Below, in pieces: positions 19,568 to 30,798 of a stretch of DNA of 50,721 nt. The translations under genes and the position numbers were made by a program. Source of the stretch: an uncultured Bacillales bacterium (GTDB taxonomy: Bacteria > Bacillota_I > Bacilli_A > RFN20 > CAG-826). Each line of letters begins with the position of its first letter. Position 1 is the first letter of the stretch. A model generated the notes under the pieces. That model ran no database searches and was not told the origin of the DNA. It was given only the letters and a program-made list of their open reading frames with translations. The DNA lies in NCBI GenBank assembly GCA_946647665.1, contig CAMPCW010000002.1:1-50721 (forward strand), given 5' to 3'.

Positions 19568-20719
19568 ATAGAAAACTATAAATGTCCAGTCTGTGGAAAC
19601 ACTGATATTCATTCAATAGGAATACTCAACGGAAAGTATTATTGCCGCAGATGCATTTCTTTTAAAGGTGAAGAAGTAGAACATAAACCGTCTTATCCAA
19701 AGAAAGCACCTATTCATTTAGAGTATGAGTTATCTCCAGAGCAGAAAATATTATCAGATAAGCTTGTTGAGAACTATAAGAAAGGAATTGATAGTCTTGT
19801 TTTTGCGGTGTGTGGTTCTGGAAAAACGGAGATATGTTTAAATATCATTAAATATGCGATTAATTGTGGGGAAAAAGTTGCTTTTGCACTTCCAAGAAAA
19901 GATGTAGCAATAGAGTTATTTAATAGGTTAATAAACGTATTTAAATATAATAAGGTAGTTTGCCTATATGGAGGACACACAAAAGATAAAACAGGAGATA
20001 TAGTGGTGCTTACTACTCATCAACTATATCGATATAAACATTATTTTGGCTTAATTATTCTAGATGAAATTGATGCTTTTCCATTTAAAGATGATCCGAT
20101 TTTACATAATATGTTTTATCAATCTTTATGTGGTCATTATGTGATGATGTCTGCTACGCCATCAAAAGAAGTAATAGAACATTTTAACTCCGATGATAAG
20201 GATATGCTACGATTAGAAGTACGTTTTCATCGTCATGCATTACCAATACCAAAAATAGTCAAACTTAATAACGTATTTCAATATCTATATTTGATAAGAA
20301 AAATAAGAGAATATAAAAAGAATAATAAACCTGTTTTTGTTTTTGCGCCAACTATTGAATTATGCGAGAAGATTTATAAGGTAATTTCTTTTTTTATTAA
20401 GGGCGGAAATTATGTTCACTCAAAAAGAAAATATAGGACTGAAATCATTGAAGAATTTAGGAATAATTTATATAGCTTTTTAGTGACAACATCAGTGCTT
20501 GAGCGCGGAGTAACTGTTAAGGATTTGCAAGTAATTATCTGTCAAACTGACCATAAAATTTATGAAAAAGGCACTTTAATACAGATTGCTGGACGTGTTG
20601 GAAGAAAAAAAGATGCCCCCGATGGTGAGGTGATATATTTATGTGAAAAAATTACTGAAGATATTAAAGAATCTATAGCTGATATATCAAAGAACAATGA
20701 GGCATTAAAAAATGGATAA
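19568..20719 (+). CDS. comFA: Competence helicase ComFA (DEAD-box-like ATPase with N-terminal zinc finger)
   Basis: CPVCG..CRRC finger, Walker A AVCGSGKTE, DEID box and GRVGR motif. The frame is open from 19562 but has no ATG/GTG/TTG before GTG 19808. The proposed start is ATA 19568, 9 nt after SD AAAGGAGA. Confidence 0.75.
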   Translation: MENYKCPVCGNTDIHSIGILNGKYYCRRCISFKGEEVEHKPSYPKKAPIHLEYELSPEQKILSDKLVENYKKGIDSLVFAVCGSGKTEICLNIIKYAINCGEKVAFALPRKDVAIELFNRLINVFKYNKVVCLYGGHTKDKTGDIVVLTTHQLYRYKHYFGLIILDEIDAFPFKDDPILHNMFYQSLCGHYVMMSATPSKEVIEHFNSDDKDMLRLEVRFHRHALPIPKIVKLNNVFQYLYLIRKIREYKKNNKPVFVFAPTIELCEKIYKVISFFIKGGNYVHSKRKYRTEIIEEFRNNLYSFLVTTSVLERGVTVKDLQVIICQTDHKIYEKGTLIQIAGRVGRKKDAPDGEVIYLCEKITEDIKESIADISKNNEALKNG

Positions 20720-21338
20720 GTTCTGCAAAATTTGTTTTAAAAGAATAAATGATAATTCTTTATATAATTTAATAAAAAAGGAGAACATGTTATGTGAAGA
20801 TTGCTTTAACAAACTACACGCTAAATTCATTCGTTTTAAAATTGGAAATATTAAAGGATTATCTATATATGAGTATACAGATTTTATTAAGGAACTCATT
20901 TATAAATTTAAAGGCTGCTACGATTATGAATTGAAAGATGTTTTCTTATATCGATATCTAACTTTTTTAAAGCTAAAATATCATAACTTTTATATCGTCT
21001 ATATTCCTTCATATTATATAGATGATGAGCGTCGTGGTTTTAATCACGTGAGAGCAATTTTTGAGACTTTAAAATTAAAAGAACTATCGATTTTAAGAAA
21101 GAACTCCGCACATAAACAATCAGATCATTCAGCCATTGGGAGACGGCAAATAAAAGATGTAATTTCAATTGATGAAACAGTGCAATTGAAGGATAAAAAA
21201 ATATTGCTTGTTGATGATATTGTGACAACCGGAAGCACATTGTTAACATCAATTGAATTATTAAAGAGTAAAGGAGCAAAAACTATCGAAATATTAGTGA
21301 TTGCAAAAACAAAAAATAAAAGAAAAGAAGAATATTAA
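20712..21338 (+). CDS. comFC: ComF family protein ComFC (phosphoribosyltransferase domain)
   Basis: N-terminal CKIC...CEDC finger and PRTase motif ILLVDDIVTTGSTL; overlaps the comFA stop. Confidence 0.9.
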   Translation: MDKFCKICFKRINDNSLYNLIKKENMLCEDCFNKLHAKFIRFKIGNIKGLSIYEYTDFIKELIYKFKGCYDYELKDVFLYRYLTFLKLKYHNFYIVYIPSYYIDDERRGFNHVRAIFETLKLKELSILRKNSAHKQSDHSAIGRRQIKDVISIDETVQLKDKKILLVDDIVTTGSTLLTSIELLKSKGAKTIEILVIAKTKNKRKEEY

Positions 21339-21436
21339 ATAAATTGTATTAGCATAAACTAATACATAAATGATATATTTAATAGCGAATGTTTAATCCA
21401 TTCTTTATTAATTAAAGAAAACTAGGAGGTATTATT

Positions 21437-23893
21437 ATGGGCTTATTTGATAAAATGGCGCTTAAAAAATATTCGAAGATTGCGGACAAAGTTATGGCCT
21501 TGGAAGAATCTATGAAAGCCCTAAGCGATGATGAATTAAGAGCGAAAACTCCATACTTTAAAGAGTTACTCGCAAACGGAAAGACTTTGGATGATATTAA
21601 AATTGAAGCTTTTGCCGTTGCTAGAGAGGCAGCTAGACGTACACTTGCTGAATTCCCTTATAAAGTTCAAATTATTGGTTCATTAGTATTACATGATGGT
21701 GATGTTGCTGAAATGAAAACTGGTGAAGGTAAGACTTTAACAGCGACAATGGCAGTTTATCTAAATGCTCTTGCTGGTAATGGTGTTCACGTTGTTACAG
21801 TTAACGAATACTTATCTGAACGTGACGCGAACTGGATGGGTCAAATCTATAGATTTTTAGGCTTGACTGTTGGAGTTAACTTAAGAACAAAAACTACTTC
21901 TGAAAAGAAAGAAGCTTATTTATGTGACATTACATATACAACCAACTCTGAATTAGGTTTTGACTATTTAAGAGATAACATGGCTACTTCAACACAAAAT
22001 AGAGTCTTAAGAGGACTCAATTTCTGTATTGTTGATGAAGCAGACTCCATTTTAATTGATGAATCTAGAACCCCACTTATTATTTCTGGTGGCGCTAGAG
22101 CAAGTGCGTCTCAATATACGGTCGCAGATCGATTTGTTAAAGCTTTAAAAAGAGATGTTGATTTTGTTGTTGACGTTAAAGATAAGACTGTCAATTTAAC
22201 TGATGCAGGTAATGCTAAAGCAGATAGAATGTTCGGAATTAAGAATTTATATGATCCTGAGTTTGCTGATTTAGTACATAGAATTCATAATGCTTTAAGA
22301 GCAAACTACATCATGTTTAGAGATGTCGACTATTTAGTCGACGCTGAAGGACAAGTTCAAATTATTGATCAATTCACTGGTCGTGTTCTTCCAGGTAGAG
22401 AATGGTCTGATGGTTTACATCAAGCCGTCCAAGCCAAAGAAAACGTGGAAATCAAACAAGAGACCACAACTTTAGCTACTATTACATATCAAAACTTCTT
22501 CCGTCTTTATAAGAAGATGGCAGGTATGACTGGTACTGCTAAAACTGAAGAAGAAGAATTTAGAAAAATTTACAACATGCGTGTAGTCTGTGTCCCACCA
22601 AATAGACCTATCGCTCGTGTGGATGCACTTGATTATATTTATGCGCATAAAGGTCCAAAATTAAAAGCGTTAGTAGAAGAAGTTAAAGTTAGACACTCAA
22701 TCGGTCAACCAATTTTGATTGGTACTGTTTCAGTTGAATCATCTGAAGAAATATCTGCTTTATTAACTGCTGCCGGTTTACCACATGAGATGTTAAACGC
22801 TAAAAACCATGCACGTGAAGCGGAAATCATCAAAGACGCCGGTCGTAAAGGTTCTATTACCCTTGCTACTAACATGGCAGGTCGTGGTACCGATATTAAG
22901 ATTGATGATGAAGTCAGAAATCTTGAATCTACTGTTCCAGAAGATTTGAAAAAAGAATATGAAAAGAAAGGCTATTACAACTTCTCTGGCTTATGTGTTT
23001 TAGGTACTGAAAGACATGAATCTAGACGTATTGATAATCAATTACGTGGTCGTAGTGGACGTCAAGGTGACCCTGGATTCTCTAGATTCTATGTTTCTTT
23101 TGATGATGAATTATTAATTAGATTTGCTGCAGATAACATGCGTAATTATATTGAAAAGAACTTTGGAGACGAAGCCCTTGAAGCTAGATTAGTCTCTGGA
23201 GTTATTACCTCTGCTCAAAAACGTATCGAGGGACAAAACTTTGATACTCGTAAATCTTTACTTGAATATGATGATGTTTTAGCTAAACAAAGACAAATTG
23301 TTTACGATAAGCGTGACCGTATTATTGAAGGAAAGAACATTCAAGATATTATTGATGAAGTCTTTAAAACAACTGGTGAATTCTTATCTGAAAAAGCAGT
23401 CCCAGTTGGATCCAATTCTCATTTGGTTAGTGGTGAACTTTTATTAAAAGAAGTTGAACCTCGTTTCTTACCTGCAGGATCTTTAAATTCTGCGGCTTTT
23501 GATGAATCTTATCCTGAAGAATGTGGACCAGACTTAGGTGAAGCTATTCAAGATTATTATCTTGAAAGAAGAAAAGAATGGCCTGAAGAACTCGCTCAAA
23601 ACATTGAAAGAAATTTCATCTTGAGATGTATTGACCAAAACTGGACCAAACATATTGATGCGATGGCTAGATTAAGAGAAGGCATTCATTTAAGAAGCTA
23701 CGCTAATGTAAATCCATTACAAGATTATGTTAATGAAGGCTATAAGATGTTTAGAGAATGCTTAAACATTGCCTCTGTTGATGCTGTTTTAAATCTTGTT
23801 AATGTTAAAGTCGAAAAAAAACCAGCTGAAGAAGCACCTATTGAAGACAAAGGTAATGTCGTCGACGCTGAAGTCGAGGAGAAGAAAAAATAA
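21437..23893 (+). CDS. secA: Preprotein translocase ATPase SecA
   Basis: 818 aa; MKTGEGKTL Walker A, DEADSILIDE and TNMAGRGTDI; SD AGGAGG lies upstream. Confidence 0.97.
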   Translation: MGLFDKMALKKYSKIADKVMALEESMKALSDDELRAKTPYFKELLANGKTLDDIKIEAFAVAREAARRTLAEFPYKVQIIGSLVLHDGDVAEMKTGEGKTLTATMAVYLNALAGNGVHVVTVNEYLSERDANWMGQIYRFLGLTVGVNLRTKTTSEKKEAYLCDITYTTNSELGFDYLRDNMATSTQNRVLRGLNFCIVDEADSILIDESRTPLIISGGARASASQYTVADRFVKALKRDVDFVVDVKDKTVNLTDAGNAKADRMFGIKNLYDPEFADLVHRIHNALRANYIMFRDVDYLVDAEGQVQIIDQFTGRVLPGREWSDGLHQAVQAKENVEIKQETTTLATITYQNFFRLYKKMAGMTGTAKTEEEEFRKIYNMRVVCVPPNRPIARVDALDYIYAHKGPKLKALVEEVKVRHSIGQPILIGTVSVESSEEISALLTAAGLPHEMLNAKNHAREAEIIKDAGRKGSITLATNMAGRGTDIKIDDEVRNLESTVPEDLKKEYEKKGYYNFSGLCVLGTERHESRRIDNQLRGRSGRQGDPGFSRFYVSFDDELLIRFAADNMRNYIEKNFGDEALEARLVSGVITSAQKRIEGQNFDTRKSLLEYDDVLAKQRQIVYDKRDRIIEGKNIQDIIDEVFKTTGEFLSEKAVPVGSNSHLVSGELLLKEVEPRFLPAGSLNSAAFDESYPEECGPDLGEAIQDYYLERRKEWPEELAQNIERNFILRCIDQNWTKHIDAMARLREGIHLRSYANVNPLQDYVNEGYKMFRECLNIASVDAVLNLVNVKVEKKPAEEAPIEDKGNVVDAEVEEKKK

Positions 23894-24997
23894 TGAAAGA
23901 CCTAGTTACTTTAAAACAAGAACTTGGTGCTGTTGGCGAGAAAATCCGTCAACTCGGGTCTTCTCTTTGACCTCGCAAAATTAGAAACTGAAATTCAAGA
24001 ACTTACCGAAAAAAGTGAATCTCCAGATTTTTGGAATAATAGAAGCGAAGCACTAGAAATTATTAATCGGCTAAATTCTAGCCGTTCTATTTATGATTCT
24101 TATAAATCTATTTCCTCCACTTATTCTGACTTAGTGGAACTCTTAGATTTAGGAGATGAATCTTTATTAGAATCAATCAGCGAATCTTTTGATGATCTTA
24201 AAAAAGAAGTCAATGAGTTTGAAGTTGATCGCTTATTTAGTGGTGAATTTGATAATTTAAATGCGATTATTGAAATTCATCCTGGAGCAGGTGGCACAGA
24301 AGCTCAAGACTGGGCTGATATGCTTTACCGTATGTATGTTTTATACGCTGAAAGACATCGCTTTAAAATGCAACTTATCTCTTATGAACCAGGAGAAGAA
24401 GCTGGGTTAAAAAGTGTAACTATAAAGATTGCAGGAAAACATGCCTATGGTTTGCTAAAAGGAGAAAAAGGCGTGCATCGATTAGTTAGAATCTCTCCTT
24501 TTGATGCGAATAAAAGAAGACATACAAGCTTTGCTAGCGTGAATGTTATTCCAGAATTTCAAAATGATTCAATTAATATTGAAATTAATGAATCAGATTT
24601 AAAAGTTGATACTTATCGTAGCGGAGGTGCTGGTGGTCAAAATGTCAATAAGGTGGAAACCGCTGTTAGAATAACACACTTGCCAACCGGTATTGTGGTA
24701 TCTTGCCAAGTTGAAAGAAGCCAACTTTCTAATAAGGAAACTGCAATGGCGATGCTTAAAAGTAAACTCTATTTATTAGAAGTTGAGAAACGTAATAATG
24801 AATTAAATTCAATTGTTGGTGAAAAGAAAAACATTGAATGGGGTAGCCAAATTCGTTCGTATGTGTTCTGCCCATATACGTTAGTTAAAGATAATAGAAC
24901 TGGTTATGAAGAAGTTGATGTTAATGCGGTTATGAATGGTAGTATTGATAACTTCTTATATGCATATTTACAACAGGAGGCTAAGAAAAATGGATAA
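23893..24997 (+). CDS. prfB: Peptide chain release factor 2, requires programmed +1 frameshift (join 23893..23967, 23969..24997)
   Basis: ORF0 reads [25 protein letters not shown] and ends at CTT TGA C (23965-23971). The +1 frame continues [10 protein letters not shown]... with SPF (RISPFD) and GGQNVNK motifs. Confidence 0.9.
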
Positions 24998-25904
24998 GAA
25001 AAGAGTTCTCAAATTAGTCAATAATTATGTCGCAATTATTCTTGGCAGTTTCTTATTAGCTTTTGGCTCAGTTATTTTCTTAACCAAAGCTGAATTAGTT
25101 GCTGGAGGGGTAAGTGGTATTTCCATTATTATTCAGCACTTCGTTAGCGTTCAAATTTATGATTATTTGGTCGCTGGACTTACTGTCTTTTTCTGGTTTA
25201 TTGGTTTAATTTTCTTAGGAAAAGAGTTTGCTTTAAAAACAGCTTTATCATCTTTGCTATATATTGGTTTTACCTTTTTATTTAATAGAGTGCCATTCTT
25301 TGATGAATTAGCACTTACTTTTGCTGGTAATCAAGAAGCCGGAAATCTCATTTTGTGTGGTATTTTCGGAGGCGTCTTTATTGGTGGTGGTGTTGCTATT
25401 ACTTTCCTTGGCGGAGGGTCAAGTGGAGGAGTAGATGTTGCTCAATTACTACTTTCAAAATATACCGGAATTAAAGAATCAGTTTCTGGCTTTTTAATTG
25501 ATGGAATTATTATTGTTGTTGGTATGGTTTCTATGCAGTTATGGATTCCTTCTTTATGTGGTATTTTATCTAGCTTCGTGACTGCTGCTTTAATTGAAAT
25601 TGTTTATATTAAGAATCAAACAGCTTATCAAGTTGACATCATTTCTGATAAATGGCAAGAGATTTCTAGATACGCCCAAGATGAACTTGAAAGAGGGGCA
25701 ACTATCATTCGCGCTGAAGGTGGATATAAAGGCGAAGAAAGAGTTATTTTAAGAGTCGTTTTTGATCGATTCCAGTATGAAAAAATAAAGAAATATATTG
25801 CTTCTGTTGACCCTAAAGCATTTGTAACTTATACCCAGACAAATGCTGTATTTGGAGAGGGCTTTAAAAAGCATAAAAAGAAAAGTGAAAAGACAAAAAA
25901 ATAG
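24990..25904 (+). CDS. YitT-family membrane protein (DUF2179 C-terminal domain)
   Basis: [26 protein letters not shown].. follows SD AGGAGG. The ORF-track start 24936 lies inside prfB. Confidence 0.8.
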   Translation: MDKKRVLKLVNNYVAIILGSFLLAFGSVIFLTKAELVAGGVSGISIIIQHFVSVQIYDYLVAGLTVFFWFIGLIFLGKEFALKTALSSLLYIGFTFLFNRVPFFDELALTFAGNQEAGNLILCGIFGGVFIGGGVAITFLGGGSSGGVDVAQLLLSKYTGIKESVSGFLIDGIIIVVGMVSMQLWIPSLCGILSSFVTAALIEIVYIKNQTAYQVDIISDKWQEISRYAQDELERGATIIRAEGGYKGEERVILRVVFDRFQYEKIKKYIASVDPKAFVTYTQTNAVFGEGFKKHKKKSEKTKK

Positions 25905-25913
25905 GGTTTTTGC

Positions 25914-27905
25914 GTGAAAATTATCGACAATTCGCACAAATTTGAAATAGTTTCTAATTTTAAGCCAACAGGTGATCAGCCTACCGCTATTGCCCAATTA
26001 GTTAAGGGCTTAAACGAAGGAAAAAAACTACAAGTATTATTAGGTGCAACTGGTACTGGTAAGACTTTTACTATGGCCAACATTATTCAATCTGTTCAAC
26101 GCCCTGCTTTAGTGTTAGTTCATAATAAAACTTTAGCGGGTCAATTATATTCTGAATTCAAAGAACTATTTCCTCACAATCGAGTGGAATATTTTGTTTC
26201 TAATTTTGATTTTTATCAACCGGAAGCATATATTCCAAAAAGTGACACCTATATTGATAAGAACGCAGTGATGAACGATGAGATTGAGATGCTTAGGACA
26301 AGCGCAATTAATTCAATTTTAGAAAGAAGAGATACAATTGTTGTGGCTTCAGTTGCTTCGATATATGGCTTAACAGATCCAGATGAATATCGTCGTTTAG
26401 TGTTTGAAATTAGAGTAGGTGAAGAAATTAATCGTACTGAGTTTTATAAATCTTTAGTGGATGCTCAATACAAAAGAAATAATTTAGATACTCCTCCAGG
26501 TTCATTTAGAGTTAGGGGAGATGTTATTGAGATAGTTCCTGCTAATGCTGAAGATCATACTGTTATCCGTATCGACACCTTTGGTGACGAAATTGAAAAA
26601 ATATATGAAGTTGATTTATTAAGTGGAGAAATTAAGCATTCATATCATACTTATCCAATTTTTCCTGCTTATGACCATGCTTCAACTAGAGAAAGAATTA
26701 AAGAAGCCTGTAAAACAATTAAAGAAGAACTGAAAGAACGTCTCGATTATTTTAAAGAAAACGGCAAATTATTAGAGGCTGAAAGATTAGAAATGAGAAC
26801 TAATCAAGATGTCGAAAATATGGAAGAATTTGGTATGTGTCCTGGAATTGAAAATTATTCGAGACATATTGATAAAAGAAAGCCAGGTCAAAGACCATTT
26901 TGCTTGTTAGATTATTTTCCAGAAGACTTTGTCTTATTTGTGGATGAATCTCACGTTTCTTTGCCTCAAATTAGAGGCATGTATAACGGAGATAGAAGCC
27001 GTAAAGAGACTCTTGTGGAATATGGTTTTAGACTTCCAAGTGCGTTAGATAATAGGCCTCTTAATTTTGAAGAATTTGAATCGCTTATTCCTCAAGTAAT
27101 TTGCACTAGTGCTACTCCTGGAGATTATGAATTAAATAAAACCGATGCTCCTATTGCAGAACAAATTATTAGACCTACTGGATTACTTGATCCTCACATT
27201 GAAATTAGACCTACAAGAGGTCAAATTGATGACATTCTTTTTGAAATTAAAAAGAGAACAGAACGTAATGAAAGAGTCATGCTAGTTACGTTAACGGTAA
27301 AAATGGCAGAAGACCTCACCCAATACTTAAAAGAAAGAGGTATAAAAGTCGTTTATTTACATCATGAGACTAAAACTTTAGAAAGAAGCGAGATTATTTA
27401 TCAACTTCGTAAAGGAAAATACGATGTTTTAGTAGGTATTAACCTTTTAAGAGAAGGTTTAGATATTCCTGAAGTATCTTTGATCTCGATTTTAGATGCA
27501 GATAAGGAAGGTTTCTTAAGAAGTACTCGAAGTTTAATTCAAGTTATTGGAAGAGCCTCTCGTAACCAAAACGGATTAGTAATTATGTACGCTGATAATA
27601 TGACCGATTCTATGAAAGCGGCGATTGAAGAGACTAATCGTAGAAGAGCTATTCAAGAAAGCTATAATGAAGAAAACGGTATTATTCCAAGAACTATTGT
27701 TAAAGAAATTAGACCACCAATCCATAATAGTGATGACGAAATTTCTGAAATGATTACAGTTTCCAAAAAAGGCAGTAGAAAAGAAATTGAATTACGTATT
27801 AAAGAACTTGAAAAACAAATGCGAGAAGCTGCTAAAAACTATGATTTTGAACGTGCAGCAGAATTGCGTGATATCATCTTAGAAATTAAAGCATCTATTC
27901 AATAA
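25914..27905 (+). CDS. uvrB: Excinuclease ABC subunit B
   Basis: GATGTGKTF Walker A, DESH box and C-terminal UVR domain ([15 protein letters not shown]); GTG start. Confidence 0.97.
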   Translation: MKIIDNSHKFEIVSNFKPTGDQPTAIAQLVKGLNEGKKLQVLLGATGTGKTFTMANIIQSVQRPALVLVHNKTLAGQLYSEFKELFPHNRVEYFVSNFDFYQPEAYIPKSDTYIDKNAVMNDEIEMLRTSAINSILERRDTIVVASVASIYGLTDPDEYRRLVFEIRVGEEINRTEFYKSLVDAQYKRNNLDTPPGSFRVRGDVIEIVPANAEDHTVIRIDTFGDEIEKIYEVDLLSGEIKHSYHTYPIFPAYDHASTRERIKEACKTIKEELKERLDYFKENGKLLEAERLEMRTNQDVENMEEFGMCPGIENYSRHIDKRKPGQRPFCLLDYFPEDFVLFVDESHVSLPQIRGMYNGDRSRKETLVEYGFRLPSALDNRPLNFEEFESLIPQVICTSATPGDYELNKTDAPIAEQIIRPTGLLDPHIEIRPTRGQIDDILFEIKKRTERNERVMLVTLTVKMAEDLTQYLKERGIKVVYLHHETKTLERSEIIYQLRKGKYDVLVGINLLREGLDIPEVSLISILDADKEGFLRSTRSLIQVIGRASRNQNGLVIMYADNMTDSMKAAIEETNRRRAIQESYNEENGIIPRTIVKEIRPPIHNSDDEISEMITVSKKGSRKEIELRIKELEKQMREAAKNYDFERAAELRDIILEIKASIQ

Positions 27906-27973
27906 ATATTTTTTGCTTACATGCGCAAATATATTTATGTATAATGACCGTGCCAAGTAAGTAGGTGATTCGT

Positions 27974-30387
27974 ATGAAAAAGACTAAAGCATTATTGCTC
28001 CCAATATTTTCTGTCCCTCTAATTTTAGCGGGATGCGGTTCTACTCCAACTCCAGAGAAAAATTGAACGCTGAATATCAATTAGTTGCTTCTATTGCACC
28101 TAGTAACGCTACAAATTCTACTGTCACTTGGACTAGTAGCAATGAAGAAGCGGTTTATGTCACTAAAAGTGGTTTAGCAAAAGGATTATCAGTAGGTAGT
28201 TCTGTTGTTACTGTTACGACAGTGGATGGCGGATATACTGCAACTTGTAATGTCACTGTTCAAGAAGATAGTATTCCAGTTACTGGTGTATCAGTTACCC
28301 AATCATCTATGAGTTTAGAAGTTGGCGACAAAGTGTATTTAGAAGCAAATATTGAACCTGATTATGCTTCTAATCAAAATTTAACATATTCAAGTAGCAA
28401 TGAAGAATGCGCATCAATTGATTCTAATGGATTAATTACTTCCTTAGCAGTTGGTTCATCCACTATGACTGTTACTACAGTGGATGGAGGATTTACCGCG
28501 ACTTGTGAAGTCACTGTTAGTGAAAAAGAGTCTGGTGGCAGTGAATATGTTCCTACTGAAAGCGATGATATTTTATTTATCACAACTACTGAAGTATCAA
28601 CAGAGCCTATTACTGTTTCTGTTACTGAAAATTACAAACAAATTTATGTTAACGCTCCTGATAACGATGTGGAAATTGAGTTAAATGGGGTGACAATTGA
28701 AAATAGCGAAAATTCACCAATATTTGTTGAAACATGTAACTCTATTGAAATATCTGCGAAAAAGGATACTGTTAATTACATTAAAGATACTCGACCAACA
28801 TATACCGAAGATGATGACGCTCAAGGTAAAGGGGCAATCATGGTCTATGATGGTGATTTGACTTTAAAAGGTAAAGGCGAACTTAATATTAGTGCAAATT
28901 ATTATAATGGTGTGCATGGTAAGGATGATGTTGATATTAAAAACCTCACTTTAAATGCCACATCTGTGAATCATGCAATTAGAGCATCTGATAATCTAAA
29001 CATTGAAAGTGGTACCATTACTATTGTTAGTGGTGGGGATGGCTTAAAAACTACGGGAAGTGGATTATCCAGTAAAGGAAAACAAAAGGGATATATTAAT
29101 ATTTCTGGTGGTAAAATTTCCATTAACTCTTGGACTGATGCGATTTCCGCAGGATATAACGTCGTTACTACTAACGAACCAGAGATTACAATCGCTACTA
29201 ATAAATATTCAACTTATAGTGGCGAAGTTATCGAACCAGATACCACCAATTGTTATTTAAAAGTTCCTTCTACTGTTCGAAGCGAAACTCAAACCGATTA
29301 CACATACGCAGCCTATGTAAATGAAGAATTTATTGAACTTGCTTATGTGAAATTTAAGTCTAGTGATATGGGTGGCGGACCTATGTTTGCTCCAGGTGGT
29401 GGAGGCGGATGGGGCCCTGGTGGAGGTGGATCCTCTAGTGGCAGTTACCATGTTTATAAATTTGAAAAACCAGTATCCGCAACTAGCTTTGTTTTATATC
29501 GATTTGCTGGTGCAAATAACACTAATTTTTCAACCACAAGTTATAATGCCAAAAGTAGTACAGTTTCCTTCAATTCTTCAAAAGATATGATTGCGATTAA
29601 TAGCATTAGTGGTTCGACTATTTCCATGGGTAGTTGGTCTATTTATTCCACTAGTAACACTAATAAAGCCGATGTCTCCGCTAAAGGAATTAAGGGATAT
29701 AACGAAGTTCATATTGAAGGTGGAACAATTTCAATTAACGCTTTTGATGATGGTATTTCTACCCCAGCTTCTACTACTTTAGATAATGGCTTATCTGCAA
29801 CAGGATATGTTTATATTGCTGGTGGAGAAGTTTCTATTAGTTCTGCAGATGATGGAGTTCACGCGAGAACTAACTTATATATTGAAGGTGGCTCACTAAG
29901 TGTTACTAAGGCCTACGAAGGAATCGAAGCCTCTTATATTTATGTTAGTGGTGGAGAAGCCCATGTATTCGCTAGCGATGATGGAGTAAATGCTGGAAAA
30001 GATTTAACAGTCACTGGTGGCTTACTTGATGTTGCTGTTTCTCCTAGTGGAGATACGGACGGCATTGACTCTAATGGCACAATCCATATTCAAGGTGGAG
30101 CTGTTATAGTTAGAGGTCCAAATAGCACAAATATGGCAGCTGTCGATACTGATGACGGAATCACTATTACTGGCGGGACATTAATTGCCTTTGGAAAAAT
30201 TGCTGAAACTCCTAGTAAAACCAGTAACATCACTTTAACAAGTAAATCTGGCACATATTCTAGTGGCAAAACATATAATGTGAGCTTTACTGGTGGTACA
30301 GTTTATAGTTGTGCGATGGGGAATTATTCGTATACTAATTACACTGTTTATTCCTCTTTAGGCACCGCAACTGTGGCACAAGCTTAA
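27974..30387 (+). pseudogene. Surface lipoprotein (2x Big_2 + Cthe_2159-like beta-helix carbohydrate-binding region) split by a frameshift after the signal peptide
   Basis: 27974..28066 encodes MKKTKALLLPIFSVPLILAGCGSTPTPEKN*, a lipobox signal peptide. The 784-aa body is in another frame from 28033 on, and one extra A in the A5 run 28058-28062 would join them. The body has repeated ..GG.I.I...DDGI.A blocks. Confidence 0.65.
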
Positions 30388-30458
30388 AATAATAATTGAT
30401 AAATTAATTTATTTTACTTACAATATAACAGCGAAATTAGAAAAGGAGAAAAAACAAT

Positions 30459-30695
30459 ATGTTAGCATGGTATGACTGGGTATTAATGGCAACTAGTGTA
30501 ATCATTATTGTTTTATGCTTACTTCAAGGTGGTAAATCTGAAGGTGCTTCTGGAGCGATTACTGGTGGTGGACTTAACGTCTTTGTTAAGACCAAAGAAA
30601 GAGGAGCGGAAAAAGTTATCTCTATTCTCACCCTTGTTATTGCTTCAATCTTCTTCTTGGTTGCTGTAATTATTAAAATTATCTACGCATCCTAA
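30459..30695 (+). CDS. secG: Preprotein translocase subunit SecG
   Basis: 78 aa, two TM segments, LLQGGKSEGASGAITGGG motif; promoter-like TTGATA-17-TACAAT upstream. Confidence 0.85.
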   Translation: MLAWYDWVLMATSVIIIVLCLLQGGKSEGASGAITGGGLNVFVKTKERGAEKVISILTLVIASIFFLVAVIIKIIYAS

Positions 30696-30716
30696 TATAA
30701 GGGTTACATAAAAAAG

Positions 30717-30741
30717 AATCGGCGGTATCGCTGATTTTTTT
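30717..30741 (+). terminator. Rho-independent terminator after secG
   Basis: AATCGGCG-GTAT-CGCTGATT (one G-U pair) followed by a T-run. Confidence 0.65.
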
Positions 30742-30798
30742 GTTGAATTGTTTATAAACAATACTATACTAATCTTGTTGAAAAAAAGGAGTTTAACG

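Noticed and set aside
28055-28066. Programmed -1 ribosomal frameshift as the explanation for the lipoprotein frame break.
   Set aside because: There is no X XXY YYZ slippery heptamer: only five A's, in the context G AGA AAA ATT. I could see no obvious downstream stimulatory structure. A simple homopolymer indel is more parsimonious.
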